IMG/VR virus record: IMGVR_UViG_3300011114_001057
Strand: one strand, 5' to 3'
Source of the DNA: an uncultured virus (IMG/VR IMGVR_UViG_3300011114_001057)
Taxonomy: Duplodnaviria > Heunggongvirae > Uroviricota > Caudoviricetes
DNA length: 64,000 nt
The translations under genes and the position numbers were made by a program. The notes beneath the pieces are model-generated. The model did not search any database and was not told the DNA's origin. It was given only the letters and a program-made list of their open reading frames with translations. Shown here one piece after another: positions 49,543-62,300 of this stretch; position 1 is the stretch's first letter, and each line of letters starts with the position of its first letter.

Positions 49543-52500
49543 ATGAATGTTCAAAACTTACAGTTTTTTGATAAGCTTGGAAACAACCTTAACTTAGAGT
49601 TTGATAGCGATCTATCAGCTTGGGTTGGAACTATTTACTTTACACAGGTATCAATAAGCGTTTTTGATAATCAAAACCTATTTTTACTTGAAAAAGTAGG
49701 TAATAACTATAAGTTTCCAACAATAACTGCTAATTCTTTTTTTAAATTTAGTTGGGAGGAAGATGTAAACAAAACAGAGCTTTTTTTATATGATGTAGTT
49801 GAAGATATCACCCTAAATGAAAATTTTATATCAACAATTCAATATAAAACAATTTCTCATTCAGATTTTAACACTAATTCAAATTTACCACTAGATTATC
49901 GATTCCCAATGCAAGTAAATATTGCATTTAACCCAAGTAATGAGCAGGTTTATGAAAGAACGCTATTAATTCACTATAATAGCACACTAATCGCAAAAAT
50001 AGGCTTCTATGGTGAAGGCGAGGATGAAGAAGAGCGTTTTAATGTGTGGTTGCAAAACTTTGGAATAAAATTTTTAAGAGAGGACGCAAATATCCTTAAA
50101 GATTATGATATTAAGGAAGCAAATCCAAATTTAGAGTCATTAAATCAAATTCGCAAGGAACTTTTAGTAAATCGTGAAGAAATTTATCCGTATATTGGTA
50201 CATACAAAGGATTAATCAACTTTGTTAACATTTTAGGTTATAAAGACGTACTTAAAGTGAAGGAATATTGGCAAAATGTCAATACTAACTCCTCTTATTT
50301 TAATACTTTAAACCTGGTCGACATTACTGACTACTTAGATGATGGAAAAATAGATACACTAGACCTAGTTGACGCAAATAGCTCAATAATAGCAGGTCGA
50401 CAGTTTAAAAAGACTGAATTCTTAGCACTGGTTTATGAATTTACTAGAGAGACTGGTGAATATGACGATGATGGGATACCTCTAACTGAAGAAACAACCA
50501 GCTTTACAGTAAACGAAGTATTCTACAAGCTGAATGCGTTAAATAAGAAGCTAAAAAATGAATTTTTACCTATAAATGTTAAAATAAAAGATATAATTGG
50601 TGAATTTCTATATTTTCAAAAGATAACTATTAACTATTGGACAGATTCCACCATAATTTATGATTACTCACTTAATGAGTCAGTTGAAGTTTTAATGTAT
50701 CCTGATATAAAGAGCTCAAACCTACTTATTAGGGACCTTTCTCCTCTGTATAGAAAGAAACTAGCATCGGGTATAGACTTTGGAGTAGTAAGACTAAATG
50801 ATTCTAGTCAAGACCCATATGAAAATTCCCAAAGATGGACCAGGGACCAGATTCCAGGTATATCTGATTACATAAAAAGCTTCTATACTGAAATTAGAGA
50901 TCAACGCTACCCTGACCTTAACAGTAGATTAAGTTGGGAGTATGGCGATGATCCTGAGAAAAAAATAGGTGCACCTATTGTGCTATCTTTAGGGCTAGCT
51001 AAGTTCACTGTTTTTGATCTTAGGGGAGTTAAGTTAAGTGACCTTAGTTCAACTTATGCAGGCGTTGATCCATACTGGACCTTTGAAAACATTGATTATA
51101 GAAACTTTTATGAAATTAATTGGAAGATCACAAAAAATGCACCTAATCCATATAATTTTGAATACCGAGGTAAAGTAGTCGACCTACATACACTTCCTCA
51201 TTTTTTACCCACAAACGGAGAATACCGAATAACTATCGAGTTATACGATTTTTGCGGAAATATCAGCGTATTTTCAAAGTTAATTATGGTCTCTGAAAAA
51301 CTTACCCCTGAGATAGTAGGTTTCACTAGACTCGAAGATAAGTTTGATTATAGAATTAGCAACCTATCAAATATTCAGCTGCAAGACTTTGGCTCAAATC
51401 CTCTCTATTTTCCTAGAGTAAACGTTTTAGATTTTGAAGAAATATCTACTCACGTAAATATCTACAAAAACCTACTCGACTGGAACTCTTTCTATAAAAA
51501 TAGGTATGGTATGGGCCAAAATCTATATGATGTTGATATTTATGATGAAGATACTGATTCCTATGTTGCATATACTGATCCATTACAAAGCAATCCTAAT
51601 AAAAGATATTGGGGACTAGGCGAAGGCGACATTCCTATTAAAATTAAAGACTTAAGAGATATGCAACTTAAGAGTCTATATTGGATGAGATTAAGTGATT
51701 TAGTTTATCTAGAAGACTTTAATGCAGGCTTTATAATTTCTAAACCTGCACCAGGAAAGATAATTAAATTTTCGTTATTTTCAGAATATACGATTCCTAA
51801 TTATTCTACATTAACTGAACTTGCTCAAATACTCACAGATAGCGATCATCCAGGAGTTAGACTTTTTGACTATACTGCAGTTAAGACTACGATTCATGCA
51901 AGTGCAAAGTATTTAAGTAGGGAGATGTATCATATATTATTTTCGCCAGGTGCAGGTAGTCCTGGACTCAGTCCTTCCCCAAGTGCAGGCAGTCCTGGTA
52001 AATTAAATGCTGGTCTAGATAACTACACCTTCTTCTTACCTAAAAAAGTACACTCAACTCGAACAATAGACTTTTTAAAGTCAATATCTCCAGTATTTGA
52101 TATAGAGACACTATTTCTTCTAGCCAAAACCAGTGATGTTTTGAATGGAAATGTGCAAGACCCTCAATTTTGGGTAGAAGAGAAGTATTGGAAGTTTGAA
52201 AATGATTTACAAAAAGGCCACTTGCCTACTGCAATCGACCAGAATGCGTTTAACCTTACTAGTATAAAGATATTTAAAGATTCATTTGTACTTCCTGAAA
52301 ACGGAATAGTCTTTTTTGTTATAAACAACATTGATGGTAAAAACGAGTTTATTTGGACTTTACGAGATGAGCCAAATAATAAAACAATAATAAAAGTAAG
52401 ATCAGTTCCATTCTTTGTTTGGAAGTTTAAAGATATAGGAACCTACACGTTATCAGTAGATGTTATTGATTCAAACAAAACAATTTACAAAAACTCAGTA

Positions 52501-52593
52501 AAAAATATAATAAGGGTTCTAGATAAAACCAATTATATGATTAATACTGAAACTAGGCTAAATCTTAGGAAAAACAAGTTAATAAATAACTAG
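49543..52593 (+). CDS. Large structural protein, probable baseplate wedge component
   Basis: IYPYIGTYKGLINFVNILGY..KVKEYW baseplate-like motif; Ig/PKD-like C-terminus (GTYTLSVDV); late promoter. Confidence 0.55.
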   Translation: MNVQNLQFFDKLGNNLNLEFDSDLSAWVGTIYFTQVSISVFDNQNLFLLEKVGNNYKFPTITANSFFKFSWEEDVNKTELFLYDVVEDITLNENFISTIQYKTISHSDFNTNSNLPLDYRFPMQVNIAFNPSNEQVYERTLLIHYNSTLIAKIGFYGEGEDEEERFNVWLQNFGIKFLREDANILKDYDIKEANPNLESLNQIRKELLVNREEIYPYIGTYKGLINFVNILGYKDVLKVKEYWQNVNTNSSYFNTLNLVDITDYLDDGKIDTLDLVDANSSIIAGRQFKKTEFLALVYEFTRETGEYDDDGIPLTEETTSFTVNEVFYKLNALNKKLKNEFLPINVKIKDIIGEFLYFQKITINYWTDSTIIYDYSLNESVEVLMYPDIKSSNLLIRDLSPLYRKKLASGIDFGVVRLNDSSQDPYENSQRWTRDQIPGISDYIKSFYTEIRDQRYPDLNSRLSWEYGDDPEKKIGAPIVLSLGLAKFTVFDLRGVKLSDLSSTYAGVDPYWTFENIDYRNFYEINWKITKNAPNPYNFEYRGKVVDLHTLPHFLPTNGEYRITIELYDFCGNISVFSKLIMVSEKLTPEIVGFTRLEDKFDYRISNLSNIQLQDFGSNPLYFPRVNVLDFEEISTHVNIYKNLLDWNSFYKNRYGMGQNLYDVDIYDEDTDSYVAYTDPLQSNPNKRYWGLGEGDIPIKIKDLRDMQLKSLYWMRLSDLVYLEDFNAGFIISKPAPGKIIKFSLFSEYTIPNYSTLTELAQILTDSDHPGVRLFDYTAVKTTIHASAKYLSREMYHILFSPGAGSPGLSPSPSAGSPGKLNAGLDNYTFFLPKKVHSTRTIDFLKSISPVFDIETLFLLAKTSDVLNGNVQDPQFWVEEKYWKFENDLQKGHLPTAIDQNAFNLTSIKIFKDSFVLPENGIVFFVINNIDGKNEFIWTLRDEPNNKTIIKVRSVPFFVWKFKDIGTYTLSVDVIDSNKTIYKNSVKNIIRVLDKTNYMINTETRLNLRKNKLINN

Positions 52594-52603
52594 ATTAAAA
52601 TTT

Positions 52604-52612
52604 AATAAATAA
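52604..52612 (+). promoter_or_regulatory. Late promoter box AATAAATAA
   Basis: Intergenic, upstream of 52632. Confidence 0.5.
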
Positions 52613-52631
52613 CTAAAAATAATAAAAAACA

Positions 52632-53597
52632 ATGGCTTTTACACCAGTTTCTATCCCAATTCAAGAAATACTTTTAAGTGATTTTGTTACTGATATCGCA
52701 AGCATAAGTAACACCAACGATCTTCTTCTTAAAGATAAGATAGAGGACTTAATCAATGTTCTAGAGATTGACTTAAATACAATTTCAATAGGGACTGATA
52801 GTCCAATAAATTATGTTAAAGCAGGCACTGTGATTGCACAGGGTAATGGTTTTATTTTTCAAACAAATGCACCAGTACAAGTAATTTCAAAAATAGAGAA
52901 AAACGTTAGTAACGAATCTGTATTTACAATCGATAGAATTGATGCTAATCTTTCAATCGACACTGATATTTTTACTGTAAATGACATCACAGTAAACACA
53001 GCATTAACATCAGACGGCGAAGCAGTATTTAATGCGAGTCTACAACTAAACAGCCAATTTATTGAATCTAAAGAATCTGTAACGTTAGACTTAATTAAAA
53101 CTAGTTCAACGGATGGCTCGGCTAGACTCACACTTACGAGTACTTCTAGAAAAAATATATTTGTTACTCTTAAAGCTACATCTGCTCCTACTCTTAATCC
53201 AATATATGATGGAACTAGCGCAATTGTTGCAGGAATAACTAACTTAGCTATATACGTTGATTTCGATGCAGCCAATCCGCCAGCGCCAAACTCAAGCTTT
53301 ACTATTTACATAGTTGACGTAATTGAAGGAATTACATCAACTTCAATTGTTACAGCAGTCACATTAGCAGCTATTCCGGTTGTAATCAGCGGAGGCTTTA
53401 ATTTAAACGTAGGACCTACTTCTCCAATTTCATTACACGACTCAACAAGTTCAGTAGGAGTAAATCCAGCAAGTTCTTTACCTAGTAACACTCAAATTGT
53501 ACAATATAGAAATAACGCATCTTTGCTTTACATAATTGACCAAACGTCAAACGACCGCTTAATTGTTACTAGCCTAGTTGGAATGGAATTGTTCTAA
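52632..53597 (+). CDS. Structural protein (tail/baseplate-associated, beta-rich)
   Basis: Thr/Ser/Ile-rich ORF in the late cluster. Confidence 0.55.
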   Translation: MAFTPVSIPIQEILLSDFVTDIASISNTNDLLLKDKIEDLINVLEIDLNTISIGTDSPINYVKAGTVIAQGNGFIFQTNAPVQVISKIEKNVSNESVFTIDRIDANLSIDTDIFTVNDITVNTALTSDGEAVFNASLQLNSQFIESKESVTLDLIKTSSTDGSARLTLTSTSRKNIFVTLKATSAPTLNPIYDGTSAIVAGITNLAIYVDFDAANPPAPNSSFTIYIVDVIEGITSTSIVTAVTLAAIPVVISGGFNLNVGPTSPISLHDSTSSVGVNPASSLPSNTQIVQYRNNASLLYIIDQTSNDRLIVTSLVGMELF

Positions 53598-53616
53598 TAA
53601 AAAATTTTTAAAATAA

Positions 53617-55719
53617 ATGGCAGTAGCTCCTTTAATAAAGCCGATACAAGATAAGAAGGGTATTTTTTACAGCTTCCAAAGCGCATTAGAAGACATAAAC
53701 ATTACTCTAAGTAATAGTGAAAATGCAGTTAGATTTTCTAAGTTTGCTCTATTAAGGATTCCTGAAATAGGCGAACCTGATACTCTACTTACTGACAATA
53801 AAATACAGTTTGTGGCTCCTGGTGAGACTCCTTTATCTGAAGGTTTAAATCCAGACAATAATATTAACATTGCAGAAAGCTTTCAAAATTATGCTTTAAA
53901 CTTTGAATCATTACTTTTAAATAGGACTCAATATAAGAAGAATGAAAAATTAACAGTTTCTGAAAGAGTCTTCTTCAAATGGCTAAAGGAAATAGGCGCA
54001 ATTCGATATCAAGACGCAAACTCATTAGAGAAGAACATAAACCTGCTTGGTACTGAAAAAAGATTTGTTGAAAAGACTGAAGTTAATTCAACATATAATC
54101 GAGTAGTAAAATATGTAGGCGATATTGATGTAGTAAACTCATTGAAATCAAACCAAAATTCATATACTGAAGTTTACATTCACGTTCCAACTAATGTTGG
54201 AACAACTCCATATGTTCTATTTAAGTCAGTTTCTGATGCTAACTACTTTCCAAACATGACAGTGTCTAATATAGATGCTGATCCTATTAATATAGAATAT
54301 CTAGTAGGTCGTAAATATAATGAAACTCACCCATTTGGTCTATCACTTAAAGCCTTTTATGATCTCGACGATCAAAGTGTTCTTACTCAAATAAAAAACA
54401 ATATTGGCGATGCTTATGTTACTGGAAACTGGTTTAATCAAACCGTTAATAATTCATACTATACTGATAATTACAACAGTACAGGTAACTTTGATGTTGC
54501 CACCGATCAGTTTATAACAAAACAGAAAGGTTTAATAAACGCTGAGTATGTTAGAAATACACTAGATGGTGTCTCGATCGACTTTGATCTAGCTAACTAT
54601 AAACTAGCATCTGAAAATTCCCAAATAAAAGTATTTTCTCAATTTAATGACTATGTTGCAAATAGAGACTTTGAATTTAATGCTGTGTTGGTTTATTATG
54701 ATACATACGATCCAAACAACTTAGATTCAAACGGCTCACCTATTGATTTTAAAACCAATCTATATGGTGTACTTTTTCTAGATAGGATTCAACAAGACGG
54801 CTTAGAGTTTAAAATACCAGTAATTTCTAAGTACAAGCCAGACCCATTAAATAAAGTGAATGGAAACTCATTTTCATTTAAAGTTAACTTAAAACTTGAC
54901 ACTTCAATTGAAGACACTAAAACTGAGAAATCAATAAATGATTATTCAACCTTTTCACTAGAATTATTTACTGATGTTTTAACTGAGTTTAAGAACTTAC
55001 AAGTCAAATATAATGATCAGCTTTTAAAAATACAACAACTTTCACAAGACATAGAATCTTTAAAGGGTCTTCTTTTAAATACTGAAGATAGTACTGAACT
55101 AGGGGTTAGAGTTAAAACACTAGAGACTTCGCTAACTGAGAATCAAGCAATATTTAGTAAAACTGGTGAATTAGTTAAAATGATAACTAATACTAACACT
55201 AAAATTGATTCAATAATTAATGGAGAAGCGAATGTTGTTATTTCATATGATATAAATGCAGTTAGGGGAGGAGACGGTATAGGTGTAGACAGAAGAATCA
55301 TGAATAGACTTACTATAAACAATGTAAACCAATCATATAACTTAACCGCTGATTCTATTCGTAATTTATTTAACTCAAATGTAATTAAATTAACAAAGTT
55401 TACAAACTATATTTCGCACTCAAATAATGCAATTCCAATAACATTAATTAAAGACCTTTCAATTTATATAGATGATTCTTCCGTTAATTGGTTAAACGGT
55501 CAAGTACTAAGATTAGTTTTCGAAGATCAGCTAATACCAACAGTATTTGACGTTAAGTTATACACAGATAAATTAAATTTACTAGGCTTTGGAGAATACG
55601 GAGTACAGATCGCAATTTTTAATGACCTTGATTTTACACCTTCAGGAAACACACCAATTTTTGATATCATGTGCTTAGACCTAAACACATTAAGTTTTAA
55701 AGTAGATAAAATAAGATAA
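53617..55719 (+). CDS. Structural protein (baseplate/tail-associated) with a coiled coil
   Basis: Late cluster; FSKFALLRIP, SFQNYALNFE, VSERVFFKWL and DFEFNAVLVYYD. Confidence 0.55.
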   Translation: MAVAPLIKPIQDKKGIFYSFQSALEDINITLSNSENAVRFSKFALLRIPEIGEPDTLLTDNKIQFVAPGETPLSEGLNPDNNINIAESFQNYALNFESLLLNRTQYKKNEKLTVSERVFFKWLKEIGAIRYQDANSLEKNINLLGTEKRFVEKTEVNSTYNRVVKYVGDIDVVNSLKSNQNSYTEVYIHVPTNVGTTPYVLFKSVSDANYFPNMTVSNIDADPINIEYLVGRKYNETHPFGLSLKAFYDLDDQSVLTQIKNNIGDAYVTGNWFNQTVNNSYYTDNYNSTGNFDVATDQFITKQKGLINAEYVRNTLDGVSIDFDLANYKLASENSQIKVFSQFNDYVANRDFEFNAVLVYYDTYDPNNLDSNGSPIDFKTNLYGVLFLDRIQQDGLEFKIPVISKYKPDPLNKVNGNSFSFKVNLKLDTSIEDTKTEKSINDYSTFSLELFTDVLTEFKNLQVKYNDQLLKIQQLSQDIESLKGLLLNTEDSTELGVRVKTLETSLTENQAIFSKTGELVKMITNTNTKIDSIINGEANVVISYDINAVRGGDGIGVDRRIMNRLTINNVNQSYNLTADSIRNLFNSNVIKLTKFTNYISHSNNAIPITLIKDLSIYIDDSSVNWLNGQVLRLVFEDQLIPTVFDVKLYTDKLNLLGFGEYGVQIAIFNDLDFTPSGNTPIFDIMCLDLNTLSFKVDKIR

Positions 55720-55725
55720 AAACAG

Positions 55726-58700
55726 ATGGCTGAAAATAAACACACAATATCCGACGTATTAAAAAGGTTAGTTGTTGATATTGGAAACATGAACTCCTTT
55801 CTTTTTAGTTTGAGAGACGTACTCGAATCACAATCAGAAAACGTTTCAATCGATCAAAAAAAAGAAGACGGTACTACTGTTAACATAAGCGTGCCTTCTT
55901 TTGGCTATTTAAAGGGTAAAGTTGATGAAATAAACACAAACTTAAACACCTTACTCTCTGTAAATAACAATGTTATTGGTTTAAAATCAGCAAATGGTGA
56001 TGTTAGAAAGTTTGAACTAAAGAGGACTTCTCAATTAATTAATGAACTTGAATCCTTTAGTAATACAAATATCACAATACCTACTAGCTTCAAAGTAAAA
56101 AATAACTGGTTTTTTGAATCTTTCCTGAATCCATTACTCTACGTAAGCTTAGATGTATCTGCTCTATTAACAAATGATATCGACCGTTTTTCAGTAAAGA
56201 GAATTATACTTAATTCAGCTGATGACTCAGCAAACGACTATTTTGATGCAAACTACAAAGGTCAAAGCGATATCGACTTAACAACCTTAAAAAAAGAATT
56301 AAATGATAATTCTTTTGATTATTTCGAAGACGATAATGTAGTTGAACTAGAAATACCTGTAAATCGTTATCGTGGATCGTTCGATGTTTTAAACATTATT
56401 GAAGAGACAATAAACCAAACTCTTACTAGCGGTACCACTGTTACAGTAAATCGATTAAGATATAAACTAAACTCTTTAACTTTTACTGATGTTTTATCTG
56501 ATATTTCCAATAGTAAAACAATTGCGGTTGGTGATACTTTAATAACTATGAATGATTCTGAGTACAAAGTAACTTCAATAAACACAACAGAGTCAGAAGT
56601 AGTTTTAGAGAGAACTTTTGGACTTGAAGCTATTTCAATTGGTGCAAACGCGCTTAAAATTAAACCTAATCCATACCGTGTTCCAGAACTTGCAGTAAAT
56701 GTTGGATTTAATGAAAGAGAAATAATCTTCATTAGACCTATTAGTAAAGCACAAAATTTAACAGTTGACAATTTCTCAAATGGTGTTGCTGTCTTTACTA
56801 ATGAATTAACTATTCCACTACAAGATGAAAGCACAACAACATTAGCTAGCTATTATAACAATTTTGTTTCAGATTTTGGTTTAATACTTTTAAATTTAGC
56901 TAAAGAAAAAACAATTCCTTCTATTCTTGGTGCAATACCTGACGCGCCAATATTAGACAGTAAGAACTTTACTGTATTTCAAATAGATCAACATATTCAA
57001 GACGATAAAGGTGTAGCTGACTTGACTAATAACATAAAAGAAAAGGCGGGTATACAGAATGAAGTAGATGAAATTAATAAAAAAATAGACATAATCAAAT
57101 CAAAGATAGTTAGTGTCGCTAAAACCCCTAAAGAATCTATTGCATTAAAGAAACAATTAACAGATGTTCAAAAAGAAAGAGATGATAAATCTGCCGCTCT
57201 TTCAACCCTAGTTAATAACATAAGTTTACAGCTTTCCACTAACCCACAATTTACTACACCCAAGACTTATAGAATCAGAGGATTTTGGCAAATACCTCTA
57301 CCTAAATCTAGCCAATATGGTGAGCAACAAGTAGTTCAGTTTAAATATCGATATAGATATTTAAGTGCTTCTGGAAATCAACCTAATGCTCAACAGCAAT
57401 CTTTTTTAGACGTTGACGGTTCTACTAAGCAGGCAACTTTTTCTTCATGGACAGAAGTTTTAACTACTCCTAGAAAAAGAGAGTTAAATGAAAGTACTGG
57501 ACTTTATAAATGGGCTGATGAGATTGTAACTGATGCAAACACTGTAAATTCAAATCAATTAGACATCCCAATTAGAAAAGGAGAAATAGTTGAAGTTCAA
57601 ATTAAGTCTATCTCTGAGGCAGGTTGGCCAACTAACCCAACTGAGTCAGAATGGTCAGAAATAATACAAATACCTTTTCCAGAAAACATACAGTCTCAAG
57701 AAGATGCTACCGTTACTTCACAAAAAGCTTTTGCTGAAAAAGCAAAGATCGATTTTCAAAAATCACTTTCTTCAGTAGGCCTAGACACTCATTTAGCTAG
57801 TCAATTTAACCAAAATAATAGGTTCTTTTCTCACACAGCTGAGGATATTGCTAGTGGCTTCTATACTGCTGAAGGTAATGTAGTAGATCTATACGAAAAG
57901 CTTAAAGCAGTACAGGTTTCTTTAGACTCTATTCAAAAATCAATTGCTACTGATTTAGGTGCAATTAAAGTATTAGTATTAGATTCAGATGGAAATAAAT
58001 TAGAAGTAGCAAACGGTGACAGTATAAACCTTTTTGCTGGTTATTATAAAGATCTAATTAAAGATACTACAAGTGGAACCGTAATCTATAACGAAGGAGA
58101 AATAGTAACAAAACAATATGCTATCTCAATTCAAAATACTTCTGCTACTAGTTTAGAATTAATTTCATTATTATTTGGAGGCTTAGATCAAACTGCTAAC
58201 TCTTCTGATCCTATAGCAAACCCCGACCAAGACTATCATGTAAATCGTAGATTTGATATAGTTCCAATTGGGGTAAACTCAAATCCTACACCAATAATTG
58301 GAAACAGTAAACAGCTTGCAAGTAAACAGTCTGCTCAAGTTAGAAGTCAATTTGCTTATGCTAGAGTAAGAAATTACGGTCTTTCTGAGGAAATATACGC
58401 ACCAACTAACCCAAGTACAAGTTATTTATTAGCCAGCAGCTATGCAACAGCTAGTGCGACTTCTTATAGAGGTCAGACGATTGGAACTACTCTAGTTCCA
58501 TATAATTGGGGACATTATCTTCCGTTTAATCCTAACTTTGCTGCACCAGGTACAGCAACTAATGTTAATGTTTGGAATGGAACTACTAACGCGGCTGGTA
58601 TACCTTCTGCTAATGGTTATCTTACTGAATTTTGTATATCTAAGTTCCATCCAGAACTAACAACCTATGGAATTAACTTTAACTCAGTATATTCAACCAC

Positions 58701-59319
58701 AAACATTACAAATAAATTTAGACCTAGTTTTGCAGCAACTGTTCCACCTACCGTTAATGTTGACGCACCACAAACATATCTACCATTTTCTCATGCTCTA
58801 CATATGGAAACCTCTAATTCTGAAATAACTAATGCATTTGGTGTAGAGTATTACAAACAGGCTGCTAGAATCGATCCAGCAGTACCTACAAGTAATACTA
58901 CTCGCGACGATTCACACTATCCAATTAAGTTAGGATTTATTCCAAACGATAAATATTTAATCGGTAAATACACATGTGGCTCTTATCTTTACCTTTTTCC
59001 AACAACTTACGAGTCAATTTCAGTAGAAGGAAACTTTCCAGCTAGATCAACTAAATCAGTTAAGAGCGGAGCTGAAAATGCTTTAAATATTCCAGTAATA
59101 TTCCAATTTAGATGTTCAGACACGCTAGGCTTCGTCGGTGGGTACAGAACATCTGGGAATTTAACAAATATTCAATACACTAAGAAAATAGGAATAGACA
59201 TCATCTTAAAAGATGGTCAACCTTTTTCTTTTGATTTACAGGCAAGTGCCCAATATACCAAAGAAACATCTATTGATTCACCGATCGTTCAAGGAAACGG
59301 TATCACAGTCGGTTTCTAA
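55726..59319 (+). CDS. Large structural protein (baseplate/tail-associated)
   Basis: 1197-aa ORF in the late cluster with a coiled coil and YRIRGFW/FN3-like segments. Confidence 0.55.
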   Translation: MAENKHTISDVLKRLVVDIGNMNSFLFSLRDVLESQSENVSIDQKKEDGTTVNISVPSFGYLKGKVDEINTNLNTLLSVNNNVIGLKSANGDVRKFELKRTSQLINELESFSNTNITIPTSFKVKNNWFFESFLNPLLYVSLDVSALLTNDIDRFSVKRIILNSADDSANDYFDANYKGQSDIDLTTLKKELNDNSFDYFEDDNVVELEIPVNRYRGSFDVLNIIEETINQTLTSGTTVTVNRLRYKLNSLTFTDVLSDISNSKTIAVGDTLITMNDSEYKVTSINTTESEVVLERTFGLEAISIGANALKIKPNPYRVPELAVNVGFNEREIIFIRPISKAQNLTVDNFSNGVAVFTNELTIPLQDESTTTLASYYNNFVSDFGLILLNLAKEKTIPSILGAIPDAPILDSKNFTVFQIDQHIQDDKGVADLTNNIKEKAGIQNEVDEINKKIDIIKSKIVSVAKTPKESIALKKQLTDVQKERDDKSAALSTLVNNISLQLSTNPQFTTPKTYRIRGFWQIPLPKSSQYGEQQVVQFKYRYRYLSASGNQPNAQQQSFLDVDGSTKQATFSSWTEVLTTPRKRELNESTGLYKWADEIVTDANTVNSNQLDIPIRKGEIVEVQIKSISEAGWPTNPTESEWSEIIQIPFPENIQSQEDATVTSQKAFAEKAKIDFQKSLSSVGLDTHLASQFNQNNRFFSHTAEDIASGFYTAEGNVVDLYEKLKAVQVSLDSIQKSIATDLGAIKVLVLDSDGNKLEVANGDSINLFAGYYKDLIKDTTSGTVIYNEGEIVTKQYAISIQNTSATSLELISLLFGGLDQTANSSDPIANPDQDYHVNRRFDIVPIGVNSNPTPIIGNSKQLASKQSAQVRSQFAYARVRNYGLSEEIYAPTNPSTSYLLASSYATASATSYRGQTIGTTLVPYNWGHYLPFNPNFAAPGTATNVNVWNGTTNAAGIPSANGYLTEFCISKFHPELTTYGINFNSVYSTTNITNKFRPSFAATVPPTVNVDAPQTYLPFSHALHMETSNSEITNAFGVEYYKQAARIDPAVPTSNTTRDDSHYPIKLGFIPNDKYLIGKYTCGSYLYLFPTTYESISVEGNFPARSTKSVKSGAENALNIPVIFQFRCSDTLGFVGGYRTSGNLTNIQYTKKIGIDIILKDGQPFSFDLQASAQYTKETSIDSPIVQGNGITVGF

Positions 59320-59338
59320 AATACTTTTATAGAATAAT

Positions 59339-62300
59339 ATGCAAGAATTACAGTATACTAAGGTTTTAAAGAATGACTCTAGTTTTCAACTAGTTAGGAC
59401 CAATCCCAAGCTTACTGGTAATGTTAAGATTTCTATAAATGAGAGCGGCGACATGTATCTTAATGCTATTAAAGCAAACCCAGAGCTTTCAAATGACGAC
59501 TATTCAAAGTTCCCAATCGATCCAACTAGAACTCACCCAGCTAACTTATTTCATTTCTTTAAGGCTGGCAAAACACCTGAGGAAATAATTTTTGACCTTA
59601 AAGAAAAAACAGATCCATATAAGACCTCTAAAAACTTTAAGGATCAATATGATTTTTCTAATTATTTTAGTGGAGCCAAATATCTTGTTTCAAATAAGTA
59701 TGATGAAAAGCTTAGTTATTTTGCTCCAATCTACTTAAAAAATGAGATTCCTAACTATTTTGTTATTTTTAAAATAGAGGACCCATTAAACAAACCAGCC
59801 AACGAGATTAAAGCAGCATATGAAGCTGGCGATGATCGTGGTGAATACCTAGTTGATTTCTTTAAAAAGTCAACCATAATTAAGACATTTGATCTTAGAC
59901 CAGAAACAACAGTCGGCAAATACATTAGAGATTACGTAAAAGACATAAACTTTCCAATGAGCCCATTAACCGTTTCTTTTGAAGAGGATGAGTTTACTAG
60001 TTGGAATGGAATACTCATAAATAATGGAGTCTTTGGAAGTAAGAGCGAATACTTATATGAATTTTATAAAAACTCATATCCTTTAAAGTTTTTTGAAGAA
60101 AACATAACAAACGGTTATTCAAGAAACGGTGTAATTTTTCCAAATATTTTAAATTTAGAGTTTATATTTAATGATGACTCTTCAAACAAGTATGATTTTA
60201 ATAGATACTTAGGGATGTATGTAAATACGTTAGAGCTAACTTCTATTGAACTTGATTTGGCTCGCACATATGCTGAGAGAGCAATTTGGGAAAACACGCC
60301 AGTACCCAAGAAGAAATATTTAGAGACTGATGAAGTTGTCCTATTACAAGAAAATCAAGACGGCGTACAGTTTACATATAAAGAAGCAGCCTTAAACTTA
60401 TCTGAGTTTAATGAAAGTCTTGTAAGTCAATATGATATTTATTTTAATTATTTACAAGATAAAGATGGTGGTATACACCTAGTTAAGAGTGATAATCAAT
60501 ACCTAGTCGATTATTCTGAAGAGAGATTAGCAAATTTAAGTTTTTCTAGTATTACAGGTAAAACTACAGTTACTCTTGAATCTCATGAGTATGCTACTGG
60601 TAATTTAGTAAAAGTCAACTGCTCTGCTGACTCTGCATACACTGGAGAATATTTAGTAACTGTGATTGATCCTGATACTTTTACTTATAGTATGGCTGGT
60701 CCGGTTGCAATTAATCCAGTAAACGGGCTAGTCAAAATAGAAAAAGGTACAGGCAAACTTCGTCTCTCCGATAAAAAGATAGACATGGGCCTCTTCTTCG
60801 GTCAAAGTAGAAACCTTTTTTTACAAGATGAAGGCTTTGCTACTAGTGTTGCTGGACACTCATATCTTACTATACAGATATTAAATAACTTTTCTAATCT
60901 TGATGAGTTTAGGATATATCACCCTACTGGTACTCACCAAGATGTGTATGGTAACTATGAACTAGTAACTGCAACATCTAATTATTCACTTGTCCCAGAT
61001 TCAGGCGACTATTATGCATATAATGACTATGATGGAATCGCTGGAAATGATGTTTTTTACTTTAACTCTACTGGTTACTTATCTGAAGTTAATCAAGCAT
61101 TAGCTGGTTGTATAAACAATATTAGAAATGCACCATTCAGAGCATACGTATATGAGGACTACCTTTTTATAAAACTTAACATACCTGGAGATTTTGATTC
61201 TACTCACAAGGTTAAATTTAACTCTCCATCTAATAACTATTCCTCATTATTAATAAATGAGTCAACTGACCTAAACAACCAAATCATCTATTTTAGAGGA
61301 GGTTCACCTGAAACAGGCAATAGATTGATTATAGACGCAGGTCACCTGCAAAAAATTGAAAATAACATAGATTCTATATTAGTTAAGAGCTCAGACAGCT
61401 GGTCAAAAGTAAGAAAGGTTTCAAACTACATAGATTTAATAAACGAAAATAATTTAGCCTCACCTGCACTAACCAGTAAATCAATTGATGAATACTCAAA
61501 AAAGATTGCACTAGTTTTAGAAGAGAATGAAATACCAACAGTTCGCTACACTCAATTTACTATGCGACCTAAGTTTAAACCCAAGTTTGGACTAATTTCA
61601 ATGTTCCCAATCAAAGATCTTGACTTTGACTTCTATGCAAGTGACTATGCTAACTTTCCTGAAATAGACTTATACAATTATTATTTTATACCGGAAGGGC
61701 GTGAACTAATGACTTCTACTAATAAATATGAAGTAGTTGGAGCTGGTGTTATTGAGGTTGAAGGTAATCAATATTCTGCAGGAACAGCAATAACTGTCGC
61801 TGGAGCAACAGCTGCATATTCAATAATTTCAGGAAATCCGCTAGTCACTTATTATTCTGATTACACAACAGTCGGTGAGAGCAAATCAACTCCAATAAAT
61901 GATGAAAACTCCGAATTAAAAGATTTTCAAGGGTTCTCAATACTAAAGGATCCAAACACTATTTTTCAACAGAGTTTAACTCCAGAATATCAACTGAGGG
62001 ATAAATTCATAAATGGTATTACCCAGACCGAATACGATTACTATAAAGAAAACGATTCACTTGACTTTGCAGTAAAGTCAAAGATTTTACCCTATATAAC
62101 CAAGTGGGGAATGCGTGAAGGTACTGACTCTAGAGATAACAAATACCGGTTAAACACAGAATTAATATTTGGAAGAAATAACTTTTCACCGGACCATCAA
62201 GACAAGACTCAAAATCCACTTAATTTTACCCATGAATGGTTCTATATAGAATCAATGTTTAACTATATAAGCGATCCTGAAACAATAAAGAAGAACTATT